From Catajapyx aquilonaris (taxonomy: Eukaryota): DNA of 50,857 bases. This document shows, piece after piece, positions 16,201 through 28,615 of this stretch (position 1 is the first letter of the stretch; the number at the start of each line of letters is the position of its first letter). The stretch is taken from the NCBI GenBank assembly GCA_000934665.2, contig KZ538729.1, positions 1-50,857 on the forward strand, read 5' to 3'. The notes beneath the pieces were generated by a model that was not told the origin of the DNA, ran no database searches, and saw only the letters and a program-made list of their open reading frames with translations. Position numbers and translations under genes: made by a program.

Positions 16201-19200
16201 TTATTGTCGAGCGCGTTCAGGGGCGTTTGTTTTTGTGAAGTTCTTCCTCCACCGCAACAGTGGTCGTAGAGTGAAGAAGTACACGAATTCAGCTCCACTG
16301 ACAAAGCTGAATCCAATGAATAGCCCAACTATTCCTCCAAAGGCAGCTGAAATAAAAATTCACATTTAACGACCATATCCACTAACACAAAAACTCAAAA
16401 ATGCCCAACATCAACATGAGCAATGACAAATAGCAAAATCATGATTTGCAAATCCGGATTACTCAGAAGCACAGCACTCTTTTGGCCTTATTTGACCTTA
16501 ACCTGAAAATTTTATTTATAGACCCCTGATAGACCCTAAGCAAGGGGACGTGTGCTAAAACCCAAGTTCAGCATCAAACCATCTGCGAGGTTGCGATAGA
16601 TAAAGAAATACGTCAAATTTTATAGGTTGGCATCATTGACTTGATGCTAAGATCACTAGAGTAAAACAATTCTGAAGTGGCGAAACATTTGAAATTTTTT
16701 TGGTGTGATGTCGGCGCTTTGGTCTGAACAGTTTGGGTGATTCTCAAATGAGTTCGGTTCCATTTGAACTTAGGCCTTCTGGAAAAGCGACTAAGCCCTG
16801 ACTGCACATGAAAAGTCTTAAACCAGCATTACTAAAAGTGGTTCAGTTAATTTACTAGTAGCTTATCTTTGACTACTCAGACCATAGCCCAAACCTTGCA
16901 AAGAGTTTCCTTCACTTGCTTCACTTCCAGAAAATTTATGACAGGAAATAAGCTGTAGAGAGAGTGATCAACTGACAAAGCAATAGACTGAACTGATAGT
17001 GCTCTACACTATAGTGTATAGGCTTATAACAACTATTACTATACTACGGTGTTTTGGATCCAAACGAGCATCACTTGCACTAAAATTCCTAGAAACCCAA
17101 ATGAAACAGTGTCCTACACATTGCTGATCTTATTGTTAGCTACACATACTTTCACGCCAAAATGGCCCTTACTTAATGAAATGTGAAACTGCCGTCCAAG
17201 TAACTGCATTCCGAGTTTGAATGGGCACAAAACCTCTCAAGCATTGTTTTGAACAATAGTATGCTGATCAAAAAATGGAGGAAATTTCATTTAGTCGGCT
17301 AACTAGTCAAACTTTATGGCATACAGTACCTATTACATCGATCCAGGTGTACACCAGGCTTCGCTTGTACTTGACGTAATACAAGTCCTTGAAGAAAACT
17401 CGGAGGAGTACGAGGTTTTTTCTTAAAATAGTAGTAAAAGTAATATTATGATCGGTTGTTATAGTCTTATGAAAATACTGTGACTTACATATCGATAGTA
17501 TTGTCGCTTATTATTGTGCCTATTTTGCTGGTTGGTACAGGGAACTGAGCAGACGTAACTTCCGTAACGTACGATACGTCGTCACAACTGGAACGACATC
17601 TGCAACCGTTCATGGTTTTGGTGGCTTCCAATCCTTCAATTACTTCACTTCCCGGAGGTTTTATGGAATAAAACCTTTCTGTAATAAAAAAGGAGTTATA
17701 TTAATGTCCATCGCCAGAAAAATGTTGATCTGAATGAATGTTTTGTGTTTATGTAAGTTACCTATGTTAGCGTTAATGCACTGAATTCCATCATAGTTAC
17801 ACGGAACTGACGTGTCTGAAATGGAAATTCATTATTTGGAATGACTATTAGGCTCCTAATTTATTATGTTAGAGAATAGTAGGTGAGGTGTAAAAGCCTC
17901 CAGAAAATTAAAACCACTATCATATGAACAAAAATCAATGCATAAGTAGCAGTGAAAATATTAATAATGGTAACAACAATGACAACAATAATAATAATGG
18001 TGGTTTACTGAGTTGAGCGTAGAGATAAGGAACGCAATTGCATCTTTTCTTCATTGAAGAGACTTGGCATTCCAGGAGGCAGTTCTCATAACTGTAAGTG
18101 GTGTAAAAATTGAGTGTCTCGTCTGTTTGGAAAAAGCAGTCTCTTTTGTCCTTGGGTACACTTTTGATTATGTCGTCGGTGTCGGTAGACGTGGCCGACA
18201 CAGCTGCATACACTTCTCGACCCGCAGGGACGAGGAACCCTTTGGTCGACACGCTTGGAAAATCTTCAGGATGATGCACTATTACCTGAAGGAGAAATGG
18301 GCCACATTTCTAGTTTAATTTTGAAGCCAGGGTCAGGATCTCTCTGATAATAATGTTTTTGTTTTTCCCATATTTTTCATATTTACCTTTACTGCATATT
18401 TTTCTAATTTTTAAAACACAGAGTCGATCTCTTATTAGGGAATTGCTAGTTTGGATACTGAGCTCCTAATGAAGCAGCTGTATCAATAGTTTCCCCGATA
18501 CTGACAAACGTACTGACCTTGAACCCGTAGAACTCGTTGCTAGGAGCAAAATAGCTATGGGCGTCAGGATTGAGAAGGACGCTGAGCCCTATGTTAGGTC
18601 CGGCTCCGTTCACGTGGCGTATCTTAATTTTTTCGTGAACAGAAGAATTCACCGTAGATGGCGACGTGGTCTGAGTATCTGAAGTAGTTGTTTCGGTAGG
18701 CACACTTGCCTCTGTAGGCATTTCGGCAGGGTAATCAAACGAGTGATTTTCTCTGCAAATTAAACGCGAATTCCACAAGTTGTGAATGTTCCAGAACTGC
18801 TCGATTGTAGGGTAGAGTAGGAAGGAATCGGATTCTTTACATTTCAAATATACATATGAAATTATTGGCTCTCACACTTAAGAAAATTTATTATTTCTGA
18901 GTATTCAATGTGGCGGCACAACTGCGTTCAATTCATGGTCTTAGAATACTAAGGTCTGGACACTCCCTCTTATCGCTATTATGTGGCGACCCTACCGGAC
19001 GACGCTGAACTAAGGTAGAAGAGAAGCCGCTACATGCTGGCCCAACATGGCCGCCGGCGACCATGTCGGGTCCCCCAATGTAGCGCTTCCCTTTTCTACC
19101 TATAAAGTTCAGCGTAGTCGCTAGAGTCGCCACATAATAGCACAATGAAAAGCTGTCTCATGGCGCTCTCAGGTGAGCATCTCATGCAAAACGCCCCGGC

Positions 19201-20333
19201 AGGCGATAAGGTAAGATTGTAGGGGAAGTGTCCGGGGGCTGGTTCAATTCTTTCCCACTCTCTTCTACACATGAAAGTATGGTAAGAAAGTTGATGACAT
19301 AGGCTTACTTGAATCCTTTTCCTGGTTTCCTCATCGGAATGGAATTAAAGGACCAACAGTACCCCTCGTCGGTTCGACGCCTTTGAAACAAATCGCCGCA
19401 AGGTGTTTGAATGCCTTGCCACCAGCAATAGAGGGTCATTCTGTCCAGTGGTTGGGACACCTACACTCAGAAAGATTTGTTACTCTCACTGTTGCAGAAC
19501 TATCTTAGTGAAACAGATTGGATTATACTGTACACACATTTCTCATGAGCTCGTCCAAATGGTAGCGTTCTCTTGTCATCAAATATTTAATATCGTCACC
19601 GTCTTTCGAGGATTTTTCCAGCTTGAGAGCTCCTATTTCAGATAATATGTTGACGACTTCTTCCACAGTTTCTATTTTGTACTGATTGTACCACCTATTG
19701 GCATAAAAACAGTCACTGTAAATTTAGCGCGGCTATAGATAATCTGGATATACGTACGGGTGATTTGGCATGTTCTTCTCAATCATATCTCGAGTGGCTT
19801 TGTTGACATTGCAAATTGTTACTCCCGGAAATGGGATTCTGTATATGGGTGCACTTGTAGACTCAACAGCTGTCGTTATGGGATGCAGAGAATATCGACT
19901 GAATATGGGATACAGTATCCAAATTGCCCCTGTGATTGCCAGGGTGCTGAGGCAAAACCACAATAATCTGAAAAGAAAATAGATATGTCAACCTGAATAA
20001 TTGACTTTCAAAAGAGAATCGGACTTACTTTTCACATGGGAATGTATTTTTTGCAGCGATGTATTTGAGCCCATGTAGAGAAGTGTTTTCGCAATAATCC
20101 GTCAAACAGTGTTGAGCATAATTCCGTTTGGTAGATTTTCTGGAAGAGCCACGTGAAATATTTTCTTTTCCGGCAACGCAACTGGAATTAGTCAAATATC
20201 CTAATTTAGCTTCCCATGGATACTGTCCTGGATGCACAACACTCTGCTCTGGCGCCCATGCCAAAATTTTCTTGACGTCCGGTCGATTTGAAAACCAGTT
20301 ACCGGTTTGTTGCGGCTCATCAAGGTGTTCCAT
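16201..20333 (-). CDS. ppk: Pickpocket/DEG-ENaC channel copy C, complete, 10 exons, ~605 aa (20333-20029, 19967-19758, 19694-19538, 19460-19309, 18752-18518, 18285-18009, 17815-17762, 17678-17489, 17421-17330, 16346-16201)
   Basis: Same motifs and near-identical exon sizes to copy B. TM2 reads AAFGGIVGLFIGFSFVSGAEFVYFF. Exons sum to 1818 nt, in frame. Confidence 0.93.
18975..19141. repeat. Small inverted-repeat element in intron 4 of copy C
   Basis: GCTATTATGTGGCGAC..ACGCTGAACT pairs with AGTTCAGCGT..GTCGCCACATAATAGC. Confidence 0.6.
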
Positions 20334-22301
20334 TGTTTACTATTTAGTAAACTCCTGGACTTCCTAAAAATAACTCATTTTAGTTCACATTTTACCATAC
20401 CAGAGGGTGAGTCACTGAATCCCACCAAACTTTGGCATTGTCGTAGTCATAATTTGTGGAATTCAGCATCACCAGTCATCGACGGTGTTAAAAAAATGCA
20501 CTTTCAAACATTGAAAAATTACGTTCATATTTTGAAAATTTACCATGCAGTCGAATAGGTGATAAAATTTTTGAGTGGCTCATTGTCTGTCAAAGTTAGC
20601 GTATTTATTGGCTATTTAATGTCTGGTTGTAACAATTTACATTATAATACTATCAGGAAAAAAGCGAATCGATTTAAATAATTTGAACTGAATTTTACAC
20701 TGAACAATTTCTTTGAAAGCCGTGTATGCTACTTACCTTCGAGCAAGACACGTAAGCCTCACATGCTCCCATAAGGCGCACTGAGCAGGTCGGTACTACA
20801 TACAATCATTCTCTTTGCACTCATTGCATCTGATTGCCTGCCTGCACCTATGCGCGAGCATTACATCTGGTTTATTGGCCCTGATATTTTTGGCTAATTA
20901 TCGGACAATGGAGGGCTGGTGATAACGTCCGGGTAGCGTGTTTGATTCGAGGCATTGTCCAATACTATCTTCAAAGATGTCTATAGGATTTAATAATGGC
21001 GGAGTGTTTTCTTTTCCGAGAATGATGCGCTTGCATGACTGTGAAGAATAATGGCCCAAAGTGGTTTTTACACATTTGCGTGCGCATTCGGATACATAAT
21101 TTACGGCCGTCAGGTTTTAACTAAAGTATGGAATACATTAGAAACCCTATTTCGTTTCAAGAACACTCAATTGACGTTTACACAGTCATTTTCTTTGTTC
21201 AATTTATAGTTTTCTTTTCTGCCTCTAAGGCTGGTTGGTTGAAGGGGAATAAGATCTGACACCCAGTGTGACTTATCACCCCCGAGGCTATTATGATGAC
21301 AGTTTGTGGGATACCGCATACAGGAATAATGATAGGAAAGGTGGGAAGGAACCTCAACATACTCGTATACTATACAGTAGACTTAGCTTCCTTCCGCTAA
21401 TATGGCTCTGATGAGATTTTTATCTTTAGAAGTAAATATCTAGGTAAATATTAATAACACGACTCAATAATGGACTCTATTCTGCATTGGTTTTCAATTT
21501 ATAAAAATTTATTGAACCATCAATCACATTTTCAAAGAAAATACTGATGCGAAACATTAATATAAACCCATGTCGTTGCACCGTGTAAATAAAATAGTTC
21601 TGATTAAAGACAACACATTTTACAGGAATATGTGCACCAAAAAATAATTAACACTAGTTGAAGAGTGGGACAGGTTGAATTAAATCTAATAACTCAAAAA
21701 CTATTTTGAATGGACGTTTTCCAGCATGGACTTCCTCCACCTTCCCATCAACTGTGATTCCATGCCAGTAATAACTTAGGTGCCGTATAGGGAAAAAGCA
21801 GAGAGAAGAGATAGGTTTTCCTGACACTCGAATAATTATTTTCCGAGACTATAATTTTTTAAAGCAAGCCATTAATTCAAAACGATGAAATTCAAAGGTC
21901 ATGCATGAACATGAACACACTCTTGGGCATAAGACCATGCATGCTTTTATAATAAAAAATTGAATATGGACATTTAAATAAGTGACTGCCCTGTGGGGCA
22001 TACCGGTACTGAAACAATTGGGTGTGTGGTATGATAATGACCGTATCGAAATTCGATTCTGTGGCTTATGGCCGCATTTCCTTTTATAGCCCACAAATCA
22101 AAAAGTGAATGAAAATTGAGTAGAAAAGCATTGGTAAAAGGCCAGGAAGCCGCAACCACACATAATTGTCAGATTCTGACACAGATGTATGTATTCTGCA
22201 TCAATTGAGTGGCAAATATAGATAGCATTTTTGATTAATTTATGGATTCACTATATTTCCAAGTGTTACATCTTTAGCCCAAGAAACAATAATATTCAAC
22301 A

Positions 22302-23101
22302 TACTATCGGGTTCAAATACTTTTGGCCACTTTATCCTGGTCTTGAAGCAACCTTCACACACACACCACACACAGTTCTGTTCTGAATTAGCTGTGGGGA
22401 CGTAAAAATTCCACTTTTCGAAGCTAGTGTAAACTAACCTAACCTAACCTAACCTAACCTACCCTACCCTACCCTACCCTACCCTACCCTACCTAAACTA
22501 CCCTACCCTCACTCACCTAGGCTGAGAAAAATGGACTTTTGTGAAACCCTACGAATGAAAATAGTGGGGACATGTCCCCACTATTTTTTTACGTCCCCAC
22601 TGTAATAGTACACAGCGCGTGTTTTTTTAGTGGGGACCTGAAAATGTCCCCACAATTAAATTGTGGGGACACATGTCCCCACAGCTATAGTAAAATCACA
22701 AAAAAACACAAACTTCCGTCCCCTGAGCTAATGCAAGACCCGTACACACAGGCGCGCATTCCTATCCTTGTGAGGTTTTTCCAAAATTTCAAATTTAAAA
22801 CTAACCTAACCTAACCTAACCTACAAGGAAACACGAAATTTTGGTGAAATATATTTTACTGTCTTTATGAGGTATTTTTCTATTTTACCCTATCCTTGTG
22901 AGGCCTGTGTTCACTATGAGGTACAGGAAAACTACCTCGTAATGACAAAATTCCTCACAAGGATAGGAAAAACGCGAAAAAAATTCCTCACAAGGATAGC
23001 CAGACGCGTCCACACCCACACACCTCCTTAACGTGGGGCATGTGCGAAGGGTTGCTTCAAGACCAGGATAAAGTGACCAAAAGTATTTGAACCAGATAGT
23101 A
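22302..23101. mobile_element. Composite TIR element containing (CCTAA)n/(CCCTA)n tracts and GTGGGGAC/GTCCCCAC palindromes
   Basis: TIRs of about 60 bp (TACTATCGGGTTCAAATACTTTTGG..TTGAAGCAACC / GGTTGCTTCAAG..CCAAAAGTATTTGAACCAGATAGTA). Internal CCTATCCTTGTGAGG occurs as both direct and inverted copies. Confidence 0.7.
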
Positions 23102-23481
23102 CCCCCCGAGTACCCCCACACCACTGTTTGCCTGCCTCACCCTTACCCGGACAGGTTGGACCACTTGCAGACCCAATCTAAACATGATAAATACATAGCG
23201 TAATATTGTAAGGTCATATTCTGAATGTAAAAATGAATATGATAGTATGAAGCTTTAGGAATAATAACAGCCTTAGCAACAATTATTCGAAAATATTTTT
23301 CAAATAACATTTCCGTGCAAAAATGATTCAACCTGTCTGGTTTTCCCATAATGCTAAGTTGTAGTGCGACTTAACAAATGTGAAAATATAATAACAGTGG
23401 TAAATAAACCCGATTATTTCATATGTCGGTTTTAACTGCGATCTACTTATGCTATAGAAGGAAGTTTTAAGCATCCTCTTA

Positions 23482-23748
23482 GGGGTCGTCCATATACCAC
23501 GTGACATATTTTTGGCCACTTTTTGACCCCCCCCCCCCCAGTGACCGACCGTGGTATCCATTGGAACCCCCCCCNNNNNNNNNNNNNNNNNNNNNNNNNN
23601 NNNNNNNNNNNNNNNNNNNNNNNNNNNNNNNNNNNNNNNNNNNNNNNNNNNNNNNNNNNNNNNNNNNNNNNNNNNNNNNNNNNNNNNNNNNNNNNNNNNN
23701 NNNCCCCCCCCTCCCCCCAAAACGGTCACGTGGTATATGGACGACCTC
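23482..23748. mobile_element. PIF/Harbinger (Tourist-like) MITE spanning an assembly gap
   Basis: TIR GGGGTCGTCCATATACCACGTGAC / GTCACGTGGTATATGGACGACCTC with TTA on both flanks. Confidence 0.8.
23575..23703. other. Assembly gap (N run) between poly-C tracts
   Basis: Run of N bases. Confidence 1.
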
Positions 23749-24124
23749 TTATGGAGATTATGGGTTACCAGATTAGATCAATATTGAATGTCACTATTTT
23801 GGTGCGAAAAAGGCACATTGTGAAAAGGGTATTAGATTAAGTTACAAACTGTAAGTCAAAATCACATTTCTGAACTGTGGATTTTGATTGGCATACATAC
23901 TTGATTTCGTAGTCTATTTGTTCTTCGGGCGCCACTTGACGAGTCATTTCAGTAATGACTGTAGTACCTTTTTCAGGTGCTCAATCTTCTCAAAGTACCA
24001 ATCTTCTCTTCACAGCTTATTGCACTTCATCACATTAAAGACACAAGAGAGGGATAGTTCTAGCATACGCGACAGGTGCGTAAAGGTAAATCAATACAAG
24101 TGCCACAGAGACACAAAAATCCGT

Positions 24125-26925
24125 TCATTCTTGATGCCACTTGAGGAACAGTCGAATGGTGAAGAAGTAGATCATTTCCACTCCGCTCAGAAGACTGAAC
24201 CCGACAAAGAGTCCAACGATACCGCCGAAAGCGGCTGCCAAAGAAGTGAATTATTCAATACAGAGCTACTAAGCTACGTCTTCTGCGAAATAGGGCGTAG
24301 GGGTGAATGGCGGGAATGAAATATTTAGATGTCGTGGCAGGTCAAAAATAATATACTCACCGACCAGATCGTTCCATTTGTAGACGATATCTCGACGATA
24401 GCGGATGAAGTATAGATCTTTGAAGAATACACGCAGCAGAACCAGGTTTTCTCTAGAATCAGGAAGGTTATAATCAATTTGGTGTTACCTGTAGCCATAT
24501 ATTATCCACTGTGCAGGTTCGATATCTAAAAGATAATATATCGGATGCGCGGGAAAAAGTGCATAAGTAAAAAAAACGCTCTTTTCCCCCCGAATCCGAG
24601 TCTTATCAATGACCTCATTGATAAGACTCGGATTCGGGGGAAAAAGAGCGCAAGTCCAAAAATGATTATTTTTTGACTTATGCACTTTTTCCCGCGCATC
24701 CGAGATATATGAACATGGAGGTACAACGACTTGATTTTTGCACCACGTGATCTAGAAATCCGAAACACAACCAATTTCCTTTTCCCAGCAAAACTTTTAA
24801 GGCTCATTTTTATTATGTAAAAATTGATCTAAGTTTGCATACCTGGGGAAAAGAAATGGCTGCGTGTAAAAATCATGATATGGCTGGTATCACCGAAGTG
24901 CAACCGTTGCGCCAGCATCGTAAAAAGTGATTTACCATCACGACAACCTTTTTAATGGGCGTCAACAGGGAAGGTCGTCATATAGTTCTTATTAACCAAC
25001 AGACTGTAGTAGGGTAGCTATTTGTTCATTTTGAGAAAACGTTATAATTATATTACTTTATTTATACCTTTGAGAATAGACACAGTACGCATGTTAAATC
25101 AAAATATAAAAATCGAAATTTCTGAAAATTTTGCAGGTGATGACTCCAATATGTAAGCTCAAAAATAATCATGGAAGATATTATTGATATTACAGGCTAG
25201 AGTGACGTACATAGTTAAACCGTTTGTTTCGTTGACCATCTTTTCAAATTTGGACGGGTCTCGTGGATATTTGGCCGATGACACCTCTGTTACATATGAC
25301 GTTTCGGTACATCCTGGTTGACATGAGCACCTCATAGACTTCGCTGTTTTGTCCAGACCCTCCACGTTCTCGTTTGGGTTCAAAGCTTGAAATTTACCTG
25401 CAGAGGCATAAAAGGACATGAAGGGCATCCTGACAGTAGTATGTTAGTAGTTACGTTGCATTGTCCTAACACCCTTAAGTAAAGAATACAGAATGATAAA
25501 TTAAATGCATATTCTGCATAAACTATTTTGATTCTTGTCCATTATACAGGACGGTACGAGGCTACGCTTTCGTAACAGGAGACCCCGCACTTTTACATAT
25601 TTTCTTAGGCGTGTATCCGCTGAAGGAGAGGAATGTATCCGCGGGAAGGAAGGTTAGGTCATGGGGTAGGTTGGTGCACCGTGACCCTACCCCTGCCACA
25701 TCCGGTCTCCTATACGAAAGTCCTTCCCGGTACGATACTTACGTTTATTCTTCACCAAACACTGAAGTTGCTTGAAGCTGCACGTTGGCGTCTTGTCTGA
25801 GAATTTATTTTGTAATAATTATGTAACTATTGGTGTAATCTGAACACGACTCATTTGAAATAAACTAATACAAACTCATAACTTACCTAATAGAGAAAAT
25901 ATGTAAGGCACGCAGTGGCACGTCCTGTTCATGGACAATACCTGGCATTCCAAGAGACAGTTTGGGTAGGTGTAGGAGGAGTAAAAGGCCAGATTTTGTT
26001 CATCACCAAAAATGCAGTCCCGATCTTCAACTCGCAAGCCACGAATATCATTGGTGCTGTGTGTCCGAGTGGCCGTCGTGGCCACGAACACTTCATTTCC
26101 GGGTGATACAAGAAAACCCTTGGTGTTCACGTACGGGAAGTCTTCCGGGTGATGGACTCGCACCTGGAATCCGAAGAAATCCTCGGAAACCGCGCAATAT
26201 TCGTGCAGGTCCGGATTTAAGAGCACCATCAGCCCCATATTGGCTCCAGATCCGTTCACACGGCGATGCTCTACTGTTCCCTTGTGAGGAGTGCCGTTTG
26301 GCTTAGGGTCTGTAACATTGGTGTAATCGTTGTCGTGGTAATGGGGAGCCTCGGAGTATGAAGGTGGGATTGTCGTGGTTACAGATTCTTTTGGAGTTGT
26401 TTCATAGGATTCTTCGTATTCGTACGTCTCAAGTGAGTGGGATGACCTGCAGAAACGGAAAATTTTTGACATTAGCATATGGGATTCCCATGATTTTTCA
26501 CTTCAGGGGATATTTTTTACTAAGGCTGGCCCAATTTCTCTATATCTTGTAGTAGGCCTATACTGACTGTAGAACGTTCGATACATTATTTTAGGCATTA
26601 TAAGTAACTTAAGTTAGTTGTTGAATTGAATGTAGGCTAATGATTACTCTTATATTTCCAGGGATGGTGGTCTGGTGGTTACGCCACTGGCGAGCCAAGC
26701 GGGAGGCCGGGGTTCAAATCCCGTCCCCGTCACCTCTGCTTGGCCGGGTCTTTTTCCGCTTTTCACCCGACATGCCGGGGAAGAATTGCACTCCCTACTC
26801 TGCCCAGGGCCAGGAGAAAAGGCCTGGTGTTTAAATAATGTCAGAAATGACTACCGCACGGCGCACGGCGCCCTCCCTTGGGAACCTCCCCTTCCCCCCT
26901 AAGAGGGCTCCACCCTATCATGGGG

Positions 26926-26980
<55 letters not shown>

Positions 26981-28615
26981 ATATTTCCAGGAGAGACGAT
27001 ATTGGGACTACCTGACATTAAGCAACATGCAATAGTGCAGCAATAGTGGATTAACGGAGTCAATCAGAGTGACTAACGTGAGGCTTGTTTCCTGGATTAG
27101 ATCCCTCATGCCTTTGGAGTTGAAGGACCAGCAGAATCCGTTTTCAGTTCTTCGCAGGTCGAAGAGCGTGCTGCAGTTTTGAACGCTTCCCATCCACCAA
27201 CACTTGAGTGCCATTCTCTCGATCGGTTGCATCACCTTAACAAAGATATATTGTTAGACAACTTTTAGGACATACTTATTGAAGTTACTGCTTGACACTG
27301 GAGGAAGTTGGGGGCTAAGATTGCGTTGCACCACAACAGACTAGACTGTTCCCATCTTCAGGGGAGAAGCGTGGGGTAACCGCTACAGTTTGTGCAATAA
27401 TGGATGGCATTCACGTGCCTCTTCCCTTCAAGACAAAAACAGACAGGTCCAAAGTGATCAGCGTATTTTTACCAGCCCACGTTACTCTTGTGTCAAGCAA
27501 TAATCAACCACAATTTTGACTCAAACGTTTTTCATCAAGCTGTCCAGCTGCTTCTGCTTCTTGTTCATAAGGCTTTTGAGCCTCCTGGTTGTTGCAGAGT
27601 ACTCGTTCAGCTCCATGCTCAATTCGGGTTTAGCTAGCAGCTTGGCCAGATCAACAATTGTTTTGTTCTTGAATTCTCTCCATCTGAAATCATTCCACGT
27701 CTGTATTGCCTTCCTATACTCAAAAATGCCGTAACTAAAATGTGCAGTTAGTTCTAGTTCTATTTTTAAAAATCTGGCTGGAATAGTCGTAACTGACAGT
27801 GAGCTAGGCAAATAAATCTAGAACCTATTGCACATTGCAAAATTAATGCAACGTTTTGTGTAGGGCGACAGTGTGCTTTAATTGTAAAATGCGAATTTTG
27901 GTGATAAAGAATATCCTCTACACGTATTCAGAAGAGTATAGAAGGCAACTTACTCTTGACTTTCAGTAGCAACTTTGTTAATTAGGGAGGCCACTCCTTT
28001 GTTAACGTTGCATATAGTAACAGCAGGAAAAGGGACTTTCCATATTGGTACACTGGTAGATTCCACAGTGGTAATTATAGGGGAATTGATATACCGTTGA
28101 AACACTGGCAGCAGGAAGTACACCGTACCTCCCAATGCCGCCAAACAGCAAAATATCCAGAGAAATCTGCGTCAAGAAATAACGTAACATTATGCGGTAT
28201 ATTCGTCACTTGCACAGCCATTTTGCAACACTGTGTAACATATCAGCATTTTTCACTTTCACGTGAATTCAAAATCTGAGAATGACTTTTGAAAAAAACA
28301 ACTTATGAGGGGTATTTCTATGTAACGAATTATATACAGTATATCAAGTACAGCCACAATAATACTCATTGGTGTAACCTACCTTTCAGCACAGTGATTC
28401 CCATCTCTGGTTATATACTTCAATCCATGTAGCGACGTGTTGTCCAAATAATCCTTGATACGTCTATATATAAAAGACGTTTTATTTGCCTTGTCGCCCT
28501 TGGATCGATGTAAATAGTGCGGCAGCCCAAATTCCTTATCCCATGCGTAATAAGGAACCATAAACGATGGAGGAGGCTTCTTTACGCGAAAACTGGCAAC
28601 CTGACTGGGATTCAT
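24125..28615 (-). CDS. ppk: Pickpocket/DEG-ENaC channel copy D, complete, 9 exons, ~587 aa (28615-28383, 28166-27954, 27683-27527, 27235-27078, 26446-25887, 25796-25743, 25397-25211, 24452-24361, 24234-24125)
   Basis: NTSLHG, FPAVTICN, TENGFCWSFN, GLMVLLNP, YTYPNCLLEC, CSCQPGC, TM2 AAFGGIVGLFVGFSLLSGVEMIYFF. Exons sum to 1764 nt, in frame. Confidence 0.93.
24541..24703. repeat. Long hairpin in intron 7 of copy D
   Basis: TCGGATGCGCGGGAAAAAGTGCATAAGT..CCGAATCCGAGTCTTATCAATGA-CC-TCATTGATAAGACTCGGATTCGG..ACTTATGCACTTTTTCCCGCGCATCCGA. Confidence 0.8.
26661..26980 (+). mobile_element. tRNA-derived SINE (second head type) in intron 4 of copy D
   Basis: A-box-like GGTGGTCTGGTGGTTA, B-box GGTTCAAATCC, (AAAT)n tail, TSD ATATTTCCA(GG) on both sides. 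Confidence 0.85.
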
